From Oculatellaceae cyanobacterium bins.114 (GTDB taxonomy: Bacteria; Cyanobacteriota; Cyanobacteriia; Elainellales; Elainellaceae): a DNA stretch of 64,000 nucleotides. The stretch is from assembly GCA_033764315.1 (NCBI GenBank), contig JANRJA010000203.1, positions 32,001 through 96,000 of the forward strand. The letters run 5' to 3'. A program made the translations under genes and the position numbers. Below are positions 40,620-52,068 of this stretch, in pieces (position 1 is the stretch's first letter; every line of letters starts with the position of its first letter). The notes under the pieces were generated by a model. It saw only the letters and a program-made list of their open reading frames with translations. It was not told the DNA's origin and did no database searches.

Positions 40620-41337
40620 CTTAAACGAAAGCCACTGCTTCTATCAGTGCATCAACTTCCAAAACACTGATTCAGCATTGCTCTTACATGCTCTTTTCAA
40701 TCAAAATTGAGGATATCCTGATACTTTTGGTTGCAACCTATAACAAATAAGGGTAGTCGTCTAAAAGTAATGATTTTTGAGTAAGGATACGCTGCGATGA
40801 GCGGGGCATATCCTTACTTGTTTAGGGCTACCCCAATCAATAGGTGGGAGTCATTAATTGTAAGATGCGTTTCGACTGCGCGTTCAATTAAGCTCACGCC
40901 GAAGTCTCACCGCTCTCATCTCTCTGACAGCGAGTTAAATGGAGTCAAAACCCGAATTCTAAACTGAGTTTAATGAGGTTCTCTACTTATAACCAGCTAG
41001 TTTAAATGATGAGAAAAATTGTGGCAGCATTTCTCTCTCATAAAATCTCTCTGCTATCTATAGCAATCCTAAATGGGTTGTGAGAGATGTAAACAACTCA
41101 TCTAATCACAGCTTGAGAGTTAAGTGTGCTTGATTACTCTGCTATTAGCGATGACCCATTGATCACGAATACCAGACAGTTGCTTTCTAGCAATTTTTGG
41201 GCTTTCAGATCACACTACTTTTAATCAGTCGCTACTTAGTTGAGGCACAGTTCATGCTCTCAGGAAGATTTTGCAAACCCTCTTGTGAACCTGTGCCATC
41301 TATCAGAAGGGTAATAGAAGGTAATAGGTGTAATCAT

Positions 41338-41370
41338 AAAAAACCGTACTGCTTTATAAAGTAGTACGGT
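41338..41370 (-). terminator. Intrinsic terminator-like hairpin with no assigned gene
   Basis: Minus strand ACCGTACTACTTT-AT-AAAGCAGTACGGT followed by a T run. Confidence 0.5.
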
Positions 41371-41372
41371 GA

Positions 41373-41473
41373 TATAGCAATCCTAAATGGGTTGTGAGAG
41401 TCGCACCCCGGAGGGGTGCGACTCTCACAACCTCACAACCTCCTAATTTCACAAATGATTTAGGACGGCTATA
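41373..41473. mobile_element. MITE-like element, 101 bp
   Basis: TIR TATAGCAATCCTAAAT / ATTTAGGACGGCTATA (14/16); internal 20-bp perfect hairpin; identical 28-bp left end repeated at 41059-41086. Confidence 0.8.
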
Positions 41474-42216
41474 GTTCAGAATAAAAATCTATGGCGTAGC
41501 GGCAGATTTCCGGGGAGAGTCTATCTAAAAAACAGGTTTATAGAAGCTTGAAATAGTTTGTAAAAGCTCTCATCTTTCAACTTGAGAGTTTTTTACAAAC
41601 CCGTTGCTGATCCTTGCTGATGGATGAGTCCAGTCAGAAGTTGTGAAAGAGTTGTGAAAAGGTTGTGAAAGAGTATAAAAAGTATTCGAGACAAGCAAGC
41701 GATCGCACTAAACGAAATTAATTACAGCTTGGATAGATAGCTCGATCACAGGGTGGGTTTTTGAGTTGAAAGTCAATCAATACGTGCTGATTAATGGAAG
41801 TGCTCATCGTTGAGGTCACGAACATGACGATTGCAAGAAGGATTTCCATAGGAACTAAATAGGGTAACTGCACCTGTGCAACATCATGTCTGATCAGTAT
41901 CCAATTTGCGATCCGAGCATTTAACTATTCTTTTCTTAAAAAATCGATTGTCTTCGTAGATCTACGGGGTCTGAAGTAATTTTTATGGGCATCTCAGGCA
42001 TTTTATAAACTCTTAAGGAAAATAAAAAATATCCTCTAAGCCTGCTATGACTGGGTTTTGACAACTGGCCGATGGAGGTGAGACAAAACCTTGTTACAAG
42101 TTTTGTATTCTTGAGCAAAGCAATTTGCCAGGTTACACACTGCGGTAAGCTTGAATGAGTGGCTAAACGCCCATTGGTTTAATATTTCACTGTATTTCTA
42201 AACAGCGCTTCACAAA

Positions 42217-43176
42217 ATGGTTGCAAGTCTCCCTCGCACGATTCGGATTGGTTCCCGCAAAAGTCAGCTTGCTCTAGTTCAAACCCATTGGGTGCAAGAG
42301 CAGTTGCAACAAGCGTTTCCCAACCGAGTCTTTGACGTTCATACCATGAGTACACATGGTGACAAGATTTTAGACGTGGCACTCGCTAAGATTGGTGATA
42401 AAGGGCTGTTTACCAAAGAGCTTGAAGTTGGCATGGTCAATGGAGATATTGATTTTGCGGTTCACTCTCTCAAAGATCTGCCAACCCGATTGCCCGATGG
42501 CTTAGTCCTAGGCTGTGTTACTGAGCGCGAAAATCCGGCTGACGCACTGGTGGTTCATGCCAAACATCACGATAAACAGGTCGATACCTTACCTGAAGGG
42601 GCGGTTATTGGTACTTCCTCGTTGCGGCGATTGGCTCAACTGCGGCACCACTATCCTCATTTGACATTCAAAGATGTTCGGGGAAACTTGAATACTCGCC
42701 TCCAAAAATTAGATTCTGGGGAATATGATGCCCTCATTTTGGCGGCGGCTGGGTTGCACCGTTTGGGCATGAGCGATCGCATTCATCAGGTATTGCCACC
42801 CGATATATCACTTCATGCGGTTGGGCAAGGGGCATTGGGCATTGAATGTCGTGCTGATGATACTGAAGTTTTGACCTTATTAAAAGAACTAGAGCATCGG
42901 CCAACCGCCTTACGGTGTTATGCTGAGCGTTCTTTTTTGCGAGAGTTAGAGGGTGGCTGTCAGGTGCCGATTGGCGTCAACACTGAGTTAGAGGGAGATA
43001 CGTTAACCCTGGTTGGCTTGGTTGCCAGTCTAGACGGACAACGGTTGATTAAAGATCGTGTGACGGGTTCAGCAGAGCAAGCCGAACAACTGGGGATTGA
43101 CTTAGCTCATCGACTCAAGCAACAAGGGGCACAAGCCATTTTAGATGAGATTTTTGCCACGATTCAGCGGAGTTAA
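42217..43176 (+). CDS. hemC: Hydroxymethylbilane synthase
   Basis: [45 protein letters not shown]. Confidence 0.97.
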   Translation: MVASLPRTIRIGSRKSQLALVQTHWVQEQLQQAFPNRVFDVHTMSTHGDKILDVALAKIGDKGLFTKELEVGMVNGDIDFAVHSLKDLPTRLPDGLVLGCVTERENPADALVVHAKHHDKQVDTLPEGAVIGTSSLRRLAQLRHHYPHLTFKDVRGNLNTRLQKLDSGEYDALILAAAGLHRLGMSDRIHQVLPPDISLHAVGQGALGIECRADDTEVLTLLKELEHRPTALRCYAERSFLRELEGGCQVPIGVNTELEGDTLTLVGLVASLDGQRLIKDRVTGSAEQAEQLGIDLAHRLKQQGAQAILDEIFATIQRS

Positions 43177-43444
43177 TCACTCGGTTGGCGATCGCTCCTG
43201 ATTACCTCATCATCGTTATAAAAGCGGGGTTTGCTCTCAATCAGCTTGAGGTCGCCCCGCTTTTTGCAGGCATTGCCCCTGATTTCTCTGAGTCGAGTTA
43301 CGAAAAGGTTACAAAAAGTTGATAGGGTTTTAGATAGCTGAGCGATCAGCAGAGAGAGTGATCCCTCAGGGGCGGTTATCTCATCCGAGGAAACGGCTTT
43401 GCATCGCCACAGCCAATACCACTGTTTTGGGGACTTAGACAGCA

Positions 43445-44869
43445 ATGCGAATTTTGTTTGTTGCAGCAGAAGCGGCTCCTGTGGCTAAAGTCGGAGGCAT
43501 GGGAGATGTCGTCGGTGCGTTACCCAAAGTGTTGAGAAGGATGGGGCATGATGTCCGTATCTTCTTGCCCTATTACGGGTTTATGCCCGATAAAGTTGAG
43601 ATCCCCACTGAGCCCATTTGGTATGGCTCAGCCATGTTTCAAAGCTTCCAGGTTTATCAAACCACTCTCCCTGGCTCAGATGTGCCACTTTATCTGTTCA
43701 AGCATCCGTCGTTTAACCCTCGCCGCATTTATTCGGGTGAAGACGAAGACTGGCGATTTACACTATTTTCTAATGGAGCCGCTGAGTTTTGCTGGAACTA
43801 TTGGAAGCCAGAAGTTGTGCACTGTCATGACTGGCATACGGGCATGATTCCAGTGTGGATGCATCAATCTCCTGATATCTCATCGGTATTTACTATTCAC
43901 AACCTGGCCTATCAGGGACCCTGGCGTTGGAAATTAGAAAAAATGACTTGGTGTCCCTGGTATATGCAAGGGCATAACGTCATGGCCGCTGCCGTCCAGT
44001 TTGCTGACGTCGTGACCACCGTGTCACCCACCTATGCTCAACAAATTCAAACCGCAGAATACGGTGAAACGATTGAGGGTCTATTATCCTTTATCAGTGG
44101 CAGATTGACGGGTATTCTCAATGGCATTGATACGGAGTTGTTTGATCCTGCTAAAGATAAGCAAATTGCTCAACCGTTTACGATTGAGACAATCGACAAA
44201 CGAGCTGCTAACAAAATTGCTCTGCAAGAAGAGGTGGGTTTAGAAGTTAACTCTAAAGCGTTTCTGTTGGGCATGGTGTCACGATTAGTCGAGCAGAAGG
44301 GATTGGATTTGATCTTGCAAATCCTCGATCGCTTTATGTCCTACAGTGATGCTCAATTTGTCGTCTTAGGATCGGGCGATCGCTACTATGAAACTCAACT
44401 GTGGCAACTCTCGTCTCGCTTTCCTGGCCGCATTGCCGCCTACTTTTTGCAAAGCGATGGACTAGCCCGCCGGATTTATGCCGGGTGTGATGCGTTTCTC
44501 ATGCCTTCGCGCTTTGAGCCGTGTGGCATCAGTCAAATGCTATCTATGCGCTATGGCTGTGTGCCTATTGTGCGCCGGACTGGGGGTTTAGTCGATACAG
44601 TCAAACATCATGATCCTGCTGCAAAAGCGGGAACAGGTTATTGTTTCGATCGCTATGAACCGCTTGACCTTTATACCGGGATTGTCAGAGCGTGGGAAGG
44701 GTTTCACTACAAACCAGAGTGGCAGGCGTTACAACAACGGGGCATGTTGACTGACTTTGGTTGGGAAAACTCTGCTAGAGAATATATCAAGGTTTATCGC
44801 CGGATTTTGGGATTGCCTGAAGAGGAGCCACAGGTGGTTGAGACTGCACCTGAGTTGGTGAGTTCGTGA
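43445..44869 (+). CDS. glgA: Glycogen synthase
   Basis: [43 protein letters not shown]. Confidence 0.97.
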   Translation: MRILFVAAEAAPVAKVGGMGDVVGALPKVLRRMGHDVRIFLPYYGFMPDKVEIPTEPIWYGSAMFQSFQVYQTTLPGSDVPLYLFKHPSFNPRRIYSGEDEDWRFTLFSNGAAEFCWNYWKPEVVHCHDWHTGMIPVWMHQSPDISSVFTIHNLAYQGPWRWKLEKMTWCPWYMQGHNVMAAAVQFADVVTTVSPTYAQQIQTAEYGETIEGLLSFISGRLTGILNGIDTELFDPAKDKQIAQPFTIETIDKRAANKIALQEEVGLEVNSKAFLLGMVSRLVEQKGLDLILQILDRFMSYSDAQFVVLGSGDRYYETQLWQLSSRFPGRIAAYFLQSDGLARRIYAGCDAFLMPSRFEPCGISQMLSMRYGCVPIVRRTGGLVDTVKHHDPAAKAGTGYCFDRYEPLDLYTGIVRAWEGFHYKPEWQALQQRGMLTDFGWENSAREYIKVYRRILGLPEEEPQVVETAPELVSS

Positions 44870-44927
44870 GTTCGTGATTTATCGAGGTCACTAGTCATGA
44901 GTCACTAGTCATGAGTCAGTTGTGAGA

Positions 44928-44996
44928 CTGATCCCCGGCTTCTGTTGGGAACCGACTTCAAGAGGTTTGATGTCATCACCAAAAGCCGGGGATCAG
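44928..44996. repeat. GATCCCCGG-type inverted-repeat element
   Basis: 14-bp perfect IR ctgatccccggctt/aagccggggatcag between convergent genes; related copy at 61161-61227. Confidence 0.7.
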
Positions 44997-45023
44997 ACAG
45001 AGTTTCACCTGGGTCAACGACGA

Positions 45024-45395
45024 TCAGGTTTTTACCGTTAAAATGGTTAACCGATATGTGGTTTCCCCGGCTCCACGAGGGATCACCTTGAGGTAATAGA
45101 CTCCACGAGGGGCAATCCCTGTGGTGAATTCTGAGGCAGTCCCCGTTCGATTTAAGAGATTAACTCGGCGACGATTTTGATCATAGATTTCAACATCCGC
45201 ATTTGAGCGCAACCCCGTCAGGGCAATTGTGCCTGTGCAGCGTCGGGCCACGGTAAACCGATAAAAATCAGCCCGATCGTTCGTCCCTACTGAATCATCC
45301 ACAATCACGCTGTTATCTCGAAACAAACCGAGATTGCGAGCATTGCCAAACGTGTTACCCGCCAGATCAGCCTGGGTCGTTTTAATTCTTGCCAT
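45024..45395 (-). CDS. Stand-alone PPC (pre-peptidase C-terminal)-like domain protein
   Basis: DLAGNT...ARNLG, DSVGTNDRADFYRF, LTGLRSNADVEIYD, GVYYLKV. Confidence 0.8.
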   Translation of the reverse strand: MARIKTTQADLAGNTFGNARNLGLFRDNSVIVDDSVGTNDRADFYRFTVARRCTGTIALTGLRSNADVEIYDQNRRRVNLLNRTGTASEFTTGIAPRGVYYLKVIPRGAGETTYRLTILTVKT

Positions 45396-45603
45396 ACATG
45401 CAAAACCCTATAGACACAAGAATTGTGTCAGCTTAAGCCCTCATAGTCGGTGCTGACAACCCCGCTAATGGGGGAAGCGGGGAATGGGAAAGAATGAAGC
45501 TGAATTATGGTCAGGACTTAAGTATCATCATGAACGGTTGATCCCTGACGATTCACGACTCAACACCCAGCACTCCTGCTACTGCTGTGTTTAAAATAAA
45601 GTC

Positions 45604-46320
45604 ATGACGGATTCTAATCATTACGACACGCTGGATATTCATTCGGCGGCGAGTCAGGCGGAGATCAAACAAGCCTATCGCCGTCTGGTCAAGCAACACC
45701 ATCCCGATGTCAATCAGGATGGGGGCAATCACGATCGCATCGCCAGCATTAATGCAGCTTATGAGGTGTTGGGTGATCCTCAACGGCGACACAGCTATGA
45801 TCAGCATCTCAGCTATCAAACTCACGGTGGAATCGATATTGAGGCCATTCGGCGCGATCGCCAAGAACGCACAACCGCCGCCCAAAATCGTCATCGTCGT
45901 CGCCAAACCGGACATGACAGTGATGAGCAGTTGCAGTTATGGCTCAATCGGGTTTATCAACCTGTGAATCGGTTGCTCAACCAAATCTTGAATCCTCTAC
46001 AAGACCAGATTGACGACCTGGCGGCTGATCCCTTTGATGATGAACTGCTAGAGGAGTTTTTGTTGTATTTGGAGGAGTGCCGTGATTTCCTGCAAAAAGC
46101 CCAATCCCTCTTTCGCTCTATTCCCAATCCTTCTAATGTGGCAGGGGTAGCGGCTCATCTCTATTACTGCCTCAATCAAGTCGGGGATGGCATCGACGAA
46201 CTAGAGCGGTTTACCTCTAGTTACGATGAACACTATCTGCACACCGGACAGGAGCTATTTCGGATTGCCAAAGGATTGCGGCGAGAGGCACAAGCCGCAC
46301 TGCGAGAGCTTCCGGTCTAA
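45604..46320 (+). CDS. J-domain (DnaJ-like) protein
   Basis: HYDTL...EIKQAYRRLVKQHHPD...INAAYEVLGD. Confidence 0.92.
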   Translation: MTDSNHYDTLDIHSAASQAEIKQAYRRLVKQHHPDVNQDGGNHDRIASINAAYEVLGDPQRRHSYDQHLSYQTHGGIDIEAIRRDRQERTTAAQNRHRRRQTGHDSDEQLQLWLNRVYQPVNRLLNQILNPLQDQIDDLAADPFDDELLEEFLLYLEECRDFLQKAQSLFRSIPNPSNVAGVAAHLYYCLNQVGDGIDELERFTSSYDEHYLHTGQELFRIAKGLRREAQAALRELPV

Positions 46321-46508
46321 GCTTTGAACGAGGTATAGCCTTCGCGTCATGGCTCAACTACTACCTTAAGCAGCACCTCAAACTATCTCGGATGACTCTT
46401 GTTTTTTGTAGCTCTATAGAATTTTTGCAGGCAGATAGCAAAAATCTAAGCAACAATGGAAGAAGTGCCTGAATAGGCACACAAGTTTTTTATCTTTTCT
46501 GTGCTGTT

Positions 46509-47870
46509 ATGCCTCTCCCCGTTGTCGCTATTATTGGTCGTCCAAATGTCGGTAAATCAACTCTTGTTAATCGCTTAGCGGGAGTGACAGAGGCGATCGT
46601 GCATGATGAACCGGGGGTGACGCGCGATCGCACCTATAAAGAAGCATTTTGGGGCGATCGCGACTTTTTGGTCGTAGACACAGGTGGTTTGGTGTTTGAT
46701 GATGACACTGAGTTTTTGCCCCTGATTCGGCAACAAGCTATGGCGGCGTTAGCTGAAGCCAGTGTTGCCATCATGGTGGTGGATGGGCAAGTTGGGCCCA
46801 CCGGAGCAGATGAGACAATCGCTACTTGGTTGCGTCAGCAATCAGTGCCTGTGCTACTCGCTGTTAATAAATGTGAATCGGTAGAGCAAGGGTTGGTGCA
46901 AGCCGCCGAATTTTGGAGTTTGGGTTTAGGAGAACCTTATGCCGTCTCTGGAATTCATGGCAACGGCACAGGCGACCTCTTAGATCAACTCGTCACTTAT
47001 TTACCCTCTACAAATGCTTTAGAAGAGACTCATGAAATTCGGGTGGCTATCATTGGGCGACCCAATGTTGGCAAATCTAGCTTGCTCAATGCATTCGTAG
47101 GAGAAAATCGGGCGATCGTTAGCCCTATTTCAGGCACCACGCGAGATGCCATCGACACGGTAGTAGAGCGTCAGGGGCAACAATATCGCCTGATTGACAC
47201 AGCTGGAATTCGCAAGAAAAAGCAAATTGAATATGGCACCGAGTTTTTTAGCATCAACCGCTCCTTTAAGGCGATTCGTCGGTCAGATGTCGTCTTATTT
47301 GTCATTGATGCTCTAGATGGTGTCACCGAGCAGGATCAAAAATTGGCTGGTCGCATTGCCGAAGAAGGTCGAGCTTGCGTCATTGTCGTCAACAAATGGG
47401 ATGCGGTTGAAAAGGATTCTCATACGATCTATGAGTTTGACAAAGGCATACGCGATCGCCTCAATTTTATGGAGTGGGCAGAGACAATTTATATCAGTGC
47501 CCTCACCGGACAGCGGGTTGAAAAGATCATCGAGTTGGTCAACACAGCAGCAGAACAACACAAACGTCGGGTCAGCACCTCTGTCATTAACGAAGTGTTA
47601 GAAGACGCTGCAAGATGGCATTCTCCCCCAACCACTCGCCAGGGGCGACAGGGCAAGATTTACTACGGCACTCAAGTTTCTAGCCAACCGCCTTCGATCG
47701 CTCTCTTTACCAACGAAGCCAAGTTATTTAACGACAACTACCGCCGCTATATTGAGCGACAGTTTCGCAAGAGTTTGGGTTTCACGGGCACCCCCATGCG
47801 CTTGTTGTGGCGCAGCAAAAAACTGCGGGAGGTCGAACGCAATACTGCTAATCGGGCAACGAAGGTGTAA
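46509..47870 (+). CDS. der: Ribosome biogenesis GTPase Der (EngA)
   Basis: Two GRPNVGKS P-loops, DTGG/DTAG, NKCE/NKWD. Confidence 0.97.
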   Translation: MPLPVVAIIGRPNVGKSTLVNRLAGVTEAIVHDEPGVTRDRTYKEAFWGDRDFLVVDTGGLVFDDDTEFLPLIRQQAMAALAEASVAIMVVDGQVGPTGADETIATWLRQQSVPVLLAVNKCESVEQGLVQAAEFWSLGLGEPYAVSGIHGNGTGDLLDQLVTYLPSTNALEETHEIRVAIIGRPNVGKSSLLNAFVGENRAIVSPISGTTRDAIDTVVERQGQQYRLIDTAGIRKKKQIEYGTEFFSINRSFKAIRRSDVVLFVIDALDGVTEQDQKLAGRIAEEGRACVIVVNKWDAVEKDSHTIYEFDKGIRDRLNFMEWAETIYISALTGQRVEKIIELVNTAAEQHKRRVSTSVINEVLEDAARWHSPPTTRQGRQGKIYYGTQVSSQPPSIALFTNEAKLFNDNYRRYIERQFRKSLGFTGTPMRLLWRSKKLREVERNTANRATKV

Positions 47871-48030
47871 GGAGATAAAGGCTAAAGGATGAGGAGTAAA
47901 AGATGGAAAATAGAGCTGTGTTATTGTTTATGGGCTGTATTGATCTCTGCTTTTAGCCTTTATCTTTCATCTTCAGGTTTAGTTCCGCTTCTTAGCCTTT
48001 ATCCTTCATTGTTCATCCTTCTTTTGACTC

Positions 48031-49026
48031 ATGGATCTGCTGCGATCGCTCCCCATTGGGCTTTACCTAGAACAACCCATCAGTTGGTTGCATCGGCTTG
48101 ATCCTCGTGTCAAGTTAGCTTGGCTCTTAACGTTTTTGCTCACTCCCATCGCAGCAAGTTCTTATTGGCGATTGTCGTTAGTGGGTTGGCTGTTGTTGTT
48201 GACCCTCACCACCCTGATTCCGTTTCGAGTTTGGCGTAACCAAATGGGGTTGGTGCTGATTTTTAGTTTTCTGCTCTTTTTTGCCACGTTACTGGCTCCA
48301 GACGGGTTGAATGTCGATTATCAACCTCGGCTACCTGTTGAAGAACTGTCGTTTGCCTTCCCTGAATCAACATCCGCAACGACATCAGGAGCACCACAAC
48401 GCACTTCTTCTGATGGGGCGATCGCCCCTGAACCAACAGTCAGCCCGGCGGCGACTGGAGTGGCAAGCATTCTAGAACGGTTTGACTCCTATCAATATGT
48501 TTTATTTCAACAAGGGTTTCTCCGCATTACCCGTCGTTCAGTTGAACTAGCCATTCGGATCAGCACACTGTTGTTTACATTGATCTACAGCACTAATCTC
48601 TATCTATTAACAACAGCCCCAGAGGAAATCACTGCTGGACTGGATATCCTGCTACAACCTTTGCGCCGCTTTAAAATCCCAGTGACTGAAATCGTTTTAA
48701 CCCTGACGTTGTCTCTGCGGTTCATTCCCTTGGTATTGGAGGAAGTCCAAAATCTAGTACGGTCTGTGCGAACCCGCGCTATCAACTGGAAAAAATTGGG
48801 GCTGAGAGGCAGCACTCAGGTTTGGCTGATGATTGCAGAACGACTTTTAGACAACCTGCTCGTCAGGGCTGAGCAAATTGCCAGTGCCATGCAAGTGCGT
48901 GGTTTTACCACACCCAACCAACACCAGGTCAAGTGGCATGTGTTTCGATTATCGAAGGCAGATTGGCTAGCACTGCTGGGCTTATCGCTCTTTTGGGTAG
49001 CCCGGATCAGTTGGGGCGGACGATAA
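48031..49026 (+). CDS. ECF transporter T component (CbiQ/EcfT family)
   Basis: LHRLDPRVKL, TTAPEEI, SLRFIPLV, AMQVRGF. Confidence 0.9.
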   Translation: MDLLRSLPIGLYLEQPISWLHRLDPRVKLAWLLTFLLTPIAASSYWRLSLVGWLLLLTLTTLIPFRVWRNQMGLVLIFSFLLFFATLLAPDGLNVDYQPRLPVEELSFAFPESTSATTSGAPQRTSSDGAIAPEPTVSPAATGVASILERFDSYQYVLFQQGFLRITRRSVELAIRISTLLFTLIYSTNLYLLTTAPEEITAGLDILLQPLRRFKIPVTEIVLTLTLSLRFIPLVLEEVQNLVRSVRTRAINWKKLGLRGSTQVWLMIAERLLDNLLVRAEQIASAMQVRGFTTPNQHQVKWHVFRLSKADWLALLGLSLFWVARISWGGR

Positions 49027-49497
49027 GAAAATCGCTAGAAAATTAAGAGTTTTGCAGTCTGTCAATCCTCCGGAGGGATGACCAAGAGAGACAAACTTGA
49101 GAATTTGGTAGCGTAGTGACACAATTTCTCATACAGTATTGAGATACGTGTGCAACAAAATATCTTTAAAATTTTTTGAAGAAAAATTATTGCCTATCGT
49201 TGACTGTTTTCGGTAGCACTACCCCCTTAGGGAGACGGCTTCACACCGCTCTAAGTCTGCAACTAACCCCCAGTTTTGCAACTTGGAGTCGTAAGCAACG
49301 GCATCAAAGCTATCGTCACACGTTGAGTGCCCCCTGCTCTACCAAGCGAATCTAAGCGTCTCAGGTCTCTAGCAACGACCTCATACCGTTCCTGAATGCT
49401 GCCCACTTTAAAAACTCATCTTCAACCCTCTGCGTAGGAAAGCTCTATGTCTCCCGTTCCTTCACTGGCACAGCAGTCTTTGGCACAATCTAAATCA

Positions 49498-49767
49498 ATG
49501 AGCACGGAAACCTATCTCAACCACCCTACATTTGGTTTGTTGTATAGGGTTTGTATTGTCGAAGAGTCTCAAGAATTATTTGCTACGCTGTATGCCCAAC
49601 GGTTATTTTTTCTAGTCACCAATACCCCAGAAGGCTTTCAATTTGACCCTGTCAGCCGAACGGATGCACGGTTGTTATTAGAAAATCGCATCCGCAATTT
49701 ACGCCGTCAGGGGTTAGGCAAAGAATATGAACAGTTGCAAAAGGTGCATCGTCAAACCTTTCAGTAA
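49498..49767 (+). CDS. pipX: PII-interacting protein X
   Basis: ETYLNHPTFGLLY...LFATLYAQRLFFLV; synteny with pipY. Confidence 0.95.
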   Translation: MSTETYLNHPTFGLLYRVCIVEESQELFATLYAQRLFFLVTNTPEGFQFDPVSRTDARLLLENRIRNLRRQGLGKEYEQLQKVHRQTFQ

Positions 49768-49892
49768 TCAACAGGGGGTTGAGATTTCGGGCTAAACCTG
49801 CCTACACTAAAAGCTTGAACCTGCTTAAAACCACATGAATAATGGTGCTGGCAGGGGTCATAGCCCACAGTTACTCTCAATCGCTAAACTCA

Positions 49893-50576
49893 ATGATCGT
49901 GCCTGAGCTTAAGGAAACCATTGGCGATCGCCTCAGTCAGATTCGTCAAACTGTTCCTGATTCCATTCGCTTAATCGCTGTTAGCAAGCAAGTCTCGATT
50001 GATGCAATGCGAGTGGCCTATGAAGCAGGAGTGCGAGATTTTGCTGAGAGCCGCATTCAAGAGGCAACGGTTAAACAAGCCGCACTACAAGATTTGCCTG
50101 ACATTACCTGGCATTTTATCGGACATCTGCAAAGTAACAAAGCGGCAAAGGCGATCGCCCAGTTCCAATGGATCCACTCTGTTGACAATTTAAAGCTGGC
50201 TCAACGACTCGACCGACTAGCGGTTGAACTCCATCAATCTCCTAATCTTTGCCTGCAAGTTAAAATCGTGCCCGATGACTCTAAGTCCGGCTGGGCTGTT
50301 TCTGAGTTGTTGGCTGATTTGCCTGCGCTCGATCAATGCCAACACCTCAAAATTGTCGGGTTGATGACTATTCCCCCTTATGGGTTAACCCCCTCAGAAA
50401 CCCGCTCAATTTTTCAGCAAACCCATGATCTAGCCACCCAAATTCAGCAACAAAGCTGGTCAACTCTATCAATTCACCAGCTTTCGATGGGGATGTCAGA
50501 TGATTATCCATTAGCGATCCAAGCGGGAACAACCATGATTCGCCTAGGGCGGATCTTGTTTGGTAAACGCCAGTAA
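49893..50576 (+). CDS. pipY: PLP homeostasis protein (YggS family)
   Basis: LIAVSK, WHFIGHLQSNK, GLMTI, LSMGMSDDY; start uncertain. Confidence 0.93.
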   Translation: MIVPELKETIGDRLSQIRQTVPDSIRLIAVSKQVSIDAMRVAYEAGVRDFAESRIQEATVKQAALQDLPDITWHFIGHLQSNKAAKAIAQFQWIHSVDNLKLAQRLDRLAVELHQSPNLCLQVKIVPDDSKSGWAVSELLADLPALDQCQHLKIVGLMTIPPYGLTPSETRSIFQQTHDLATQIQQQSWSTLSIHQLSMGMSDDYPLAIQAGTTMIRLGRILFGKRQ

Positions 50577-51252
50577 TTGATCAGAAACCGAGAGCCAGAG
50601 CGATCGCGATCAATTGCTGTTTAAAAAATTAGTGGGTGTCAGCGATCGTTTACAAGGATTGAAAAAGAAGCAAAGAGTTTTGCCAACTGTTTAAAGATGT
50701 CAGGTTGTACCCTACAACGCCCCATTTTCTGGCTCTTCGCCCCTACTAGAAATAGAGATTTTAGGCTGGATCGATCACGCTTCCGTTGAAAGCTCCTTAA
50801 CCGATCATTGGCCGATCAGTTGTGAGTCAATCTTGGGCGATCGCCCTATCCTTCTCAACATCATGATTGCTTGATCAAAGCTACTGAAAAAATGAGTTTT
50901 ATCAGGTAATGTAGAGTGAATGAATTGAGAATCTGTTTAATAAAGAGCAATACTCAATCACATTCGCAGGAAAAAGATCGATTTCAGGGAGAATATGGTG
51001 GTCAATTTATAAAATTGATGTATACTGTTGACTCAAACTAGACGCATCTTCAGAGGGTGTTCACGAATCGACGTCTTGGGCTTAAATTAGGACTTATAAA
51101 CATTATCTTTTTGTTAAGTCCCGTTTGACTGCCTAAGTCAACAGGAAAGTTTTAACAAACCTGAATTCGGTCTACCTTGAGCGTTTAAACTGCGTGGAGA
51201 CTCAATTCCTAGCTAATTAGCTAATCTACCTAGTGATGATGGAGCGTGAACA

Positions 51253-51849
51253 GTGAACAATATTTTCAGCAAGTTGCGAGATTTTGTAGGGTTGAATGAC
51301 CCATCAGAATATGAATATGAGTATGAAGAGATGGACGGGCAAGAATATCAAAACCTCTATCAAGAAGAGAATATTCAGCCCGCTCAAGAAGAAGAACCTC
51401 GTCGCCGCCGCATGCGCGAACGAGTCCTCTCAGCCGAACCAGGAGTTACAGCTATGAACAGTGGTATGAGCAATGTCATCGGTATGCCTGGTGCAATTAA
51501 TGGCATGTCTGAGGTGGTTGTGATGGAACCTCGCACGTTTGAAGAAATGCCTCAAGCGATTCGAGCATTGCGCGAACGTAAGTCGGTTGTTTTAAATCTC
51601 ACCATCATGGATCCCGATCAAGCACAGCGTGCAGTTGACTTTGTTGCAGGTGGCACCTACGCGATCGACGGTCATCAAGAAAGAATTGGGGAAAGCATCT
51701 TCCTGTTTACGCCTAACTGTGTTCAAGTCAGCACTCAATTAGGTGCAATGGGCGAAGTGCCGATGCAACAACAGCCTCCGGCAGCGCGTCCTTCCCGTCC
51801 AATGGCTCCTACCCCCGCGTGGACTGGTGACCAAGCTCGGATGGCTTAA
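51253..51849 (+). CDS. sepF: Cell division protein SepF
   Basis: [30 protein letters not shown]. Confidence 0.95.
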   Translation: MNNIFSKLRDFVGLNDPSEYEYEYEEMDGQEYQNLYQEENIQPAQEEEPRRRRMRERVLSAEPGVTAMNSGMSNVIGMPGAINGMSEVVVMEPRTFEEMPQAIRALRERKSVVLNLTIMDPDQAQRAVDFVAGGTYAIDGHQERIGESIFLFTPNCVQVSTQLGAMGEVPMQQQPPAARPSRPMAPTPAWTGDQARMA

Positions 51850-52068
51850 GTAGTTAGTCCTTTTGATCACTCTAACGTTCCAATTGACGATTCATGAGTC
51901 TCGTTCCCTGTTGATTTATCGTCTTAGCAGGTTTGACTGCTTTAAGCTTTGTTTGCCGCATTGCGATAAATCAGGTTTTTTGGCTAGATAGTGTTCGGAT
52001 CGTATTAGTTCAGGCTGCACATTAGTTCAGGCTGCATTGTAATGTTTCCTTAGGAGCTGGCAATTCTG

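Noticed and set aside
43297..43322. GTTAC direct repeat upstream of glgA as an RpaB HLR1 site
   Set aside because: Period of 11 rather than 10 and imperfect half-sites; cannot be assigned
52004..52036. 16-bp direct repeat with 17-bp period (similar small duplication at 44887-44918)
   Set aside because: Most simply local replication slippage
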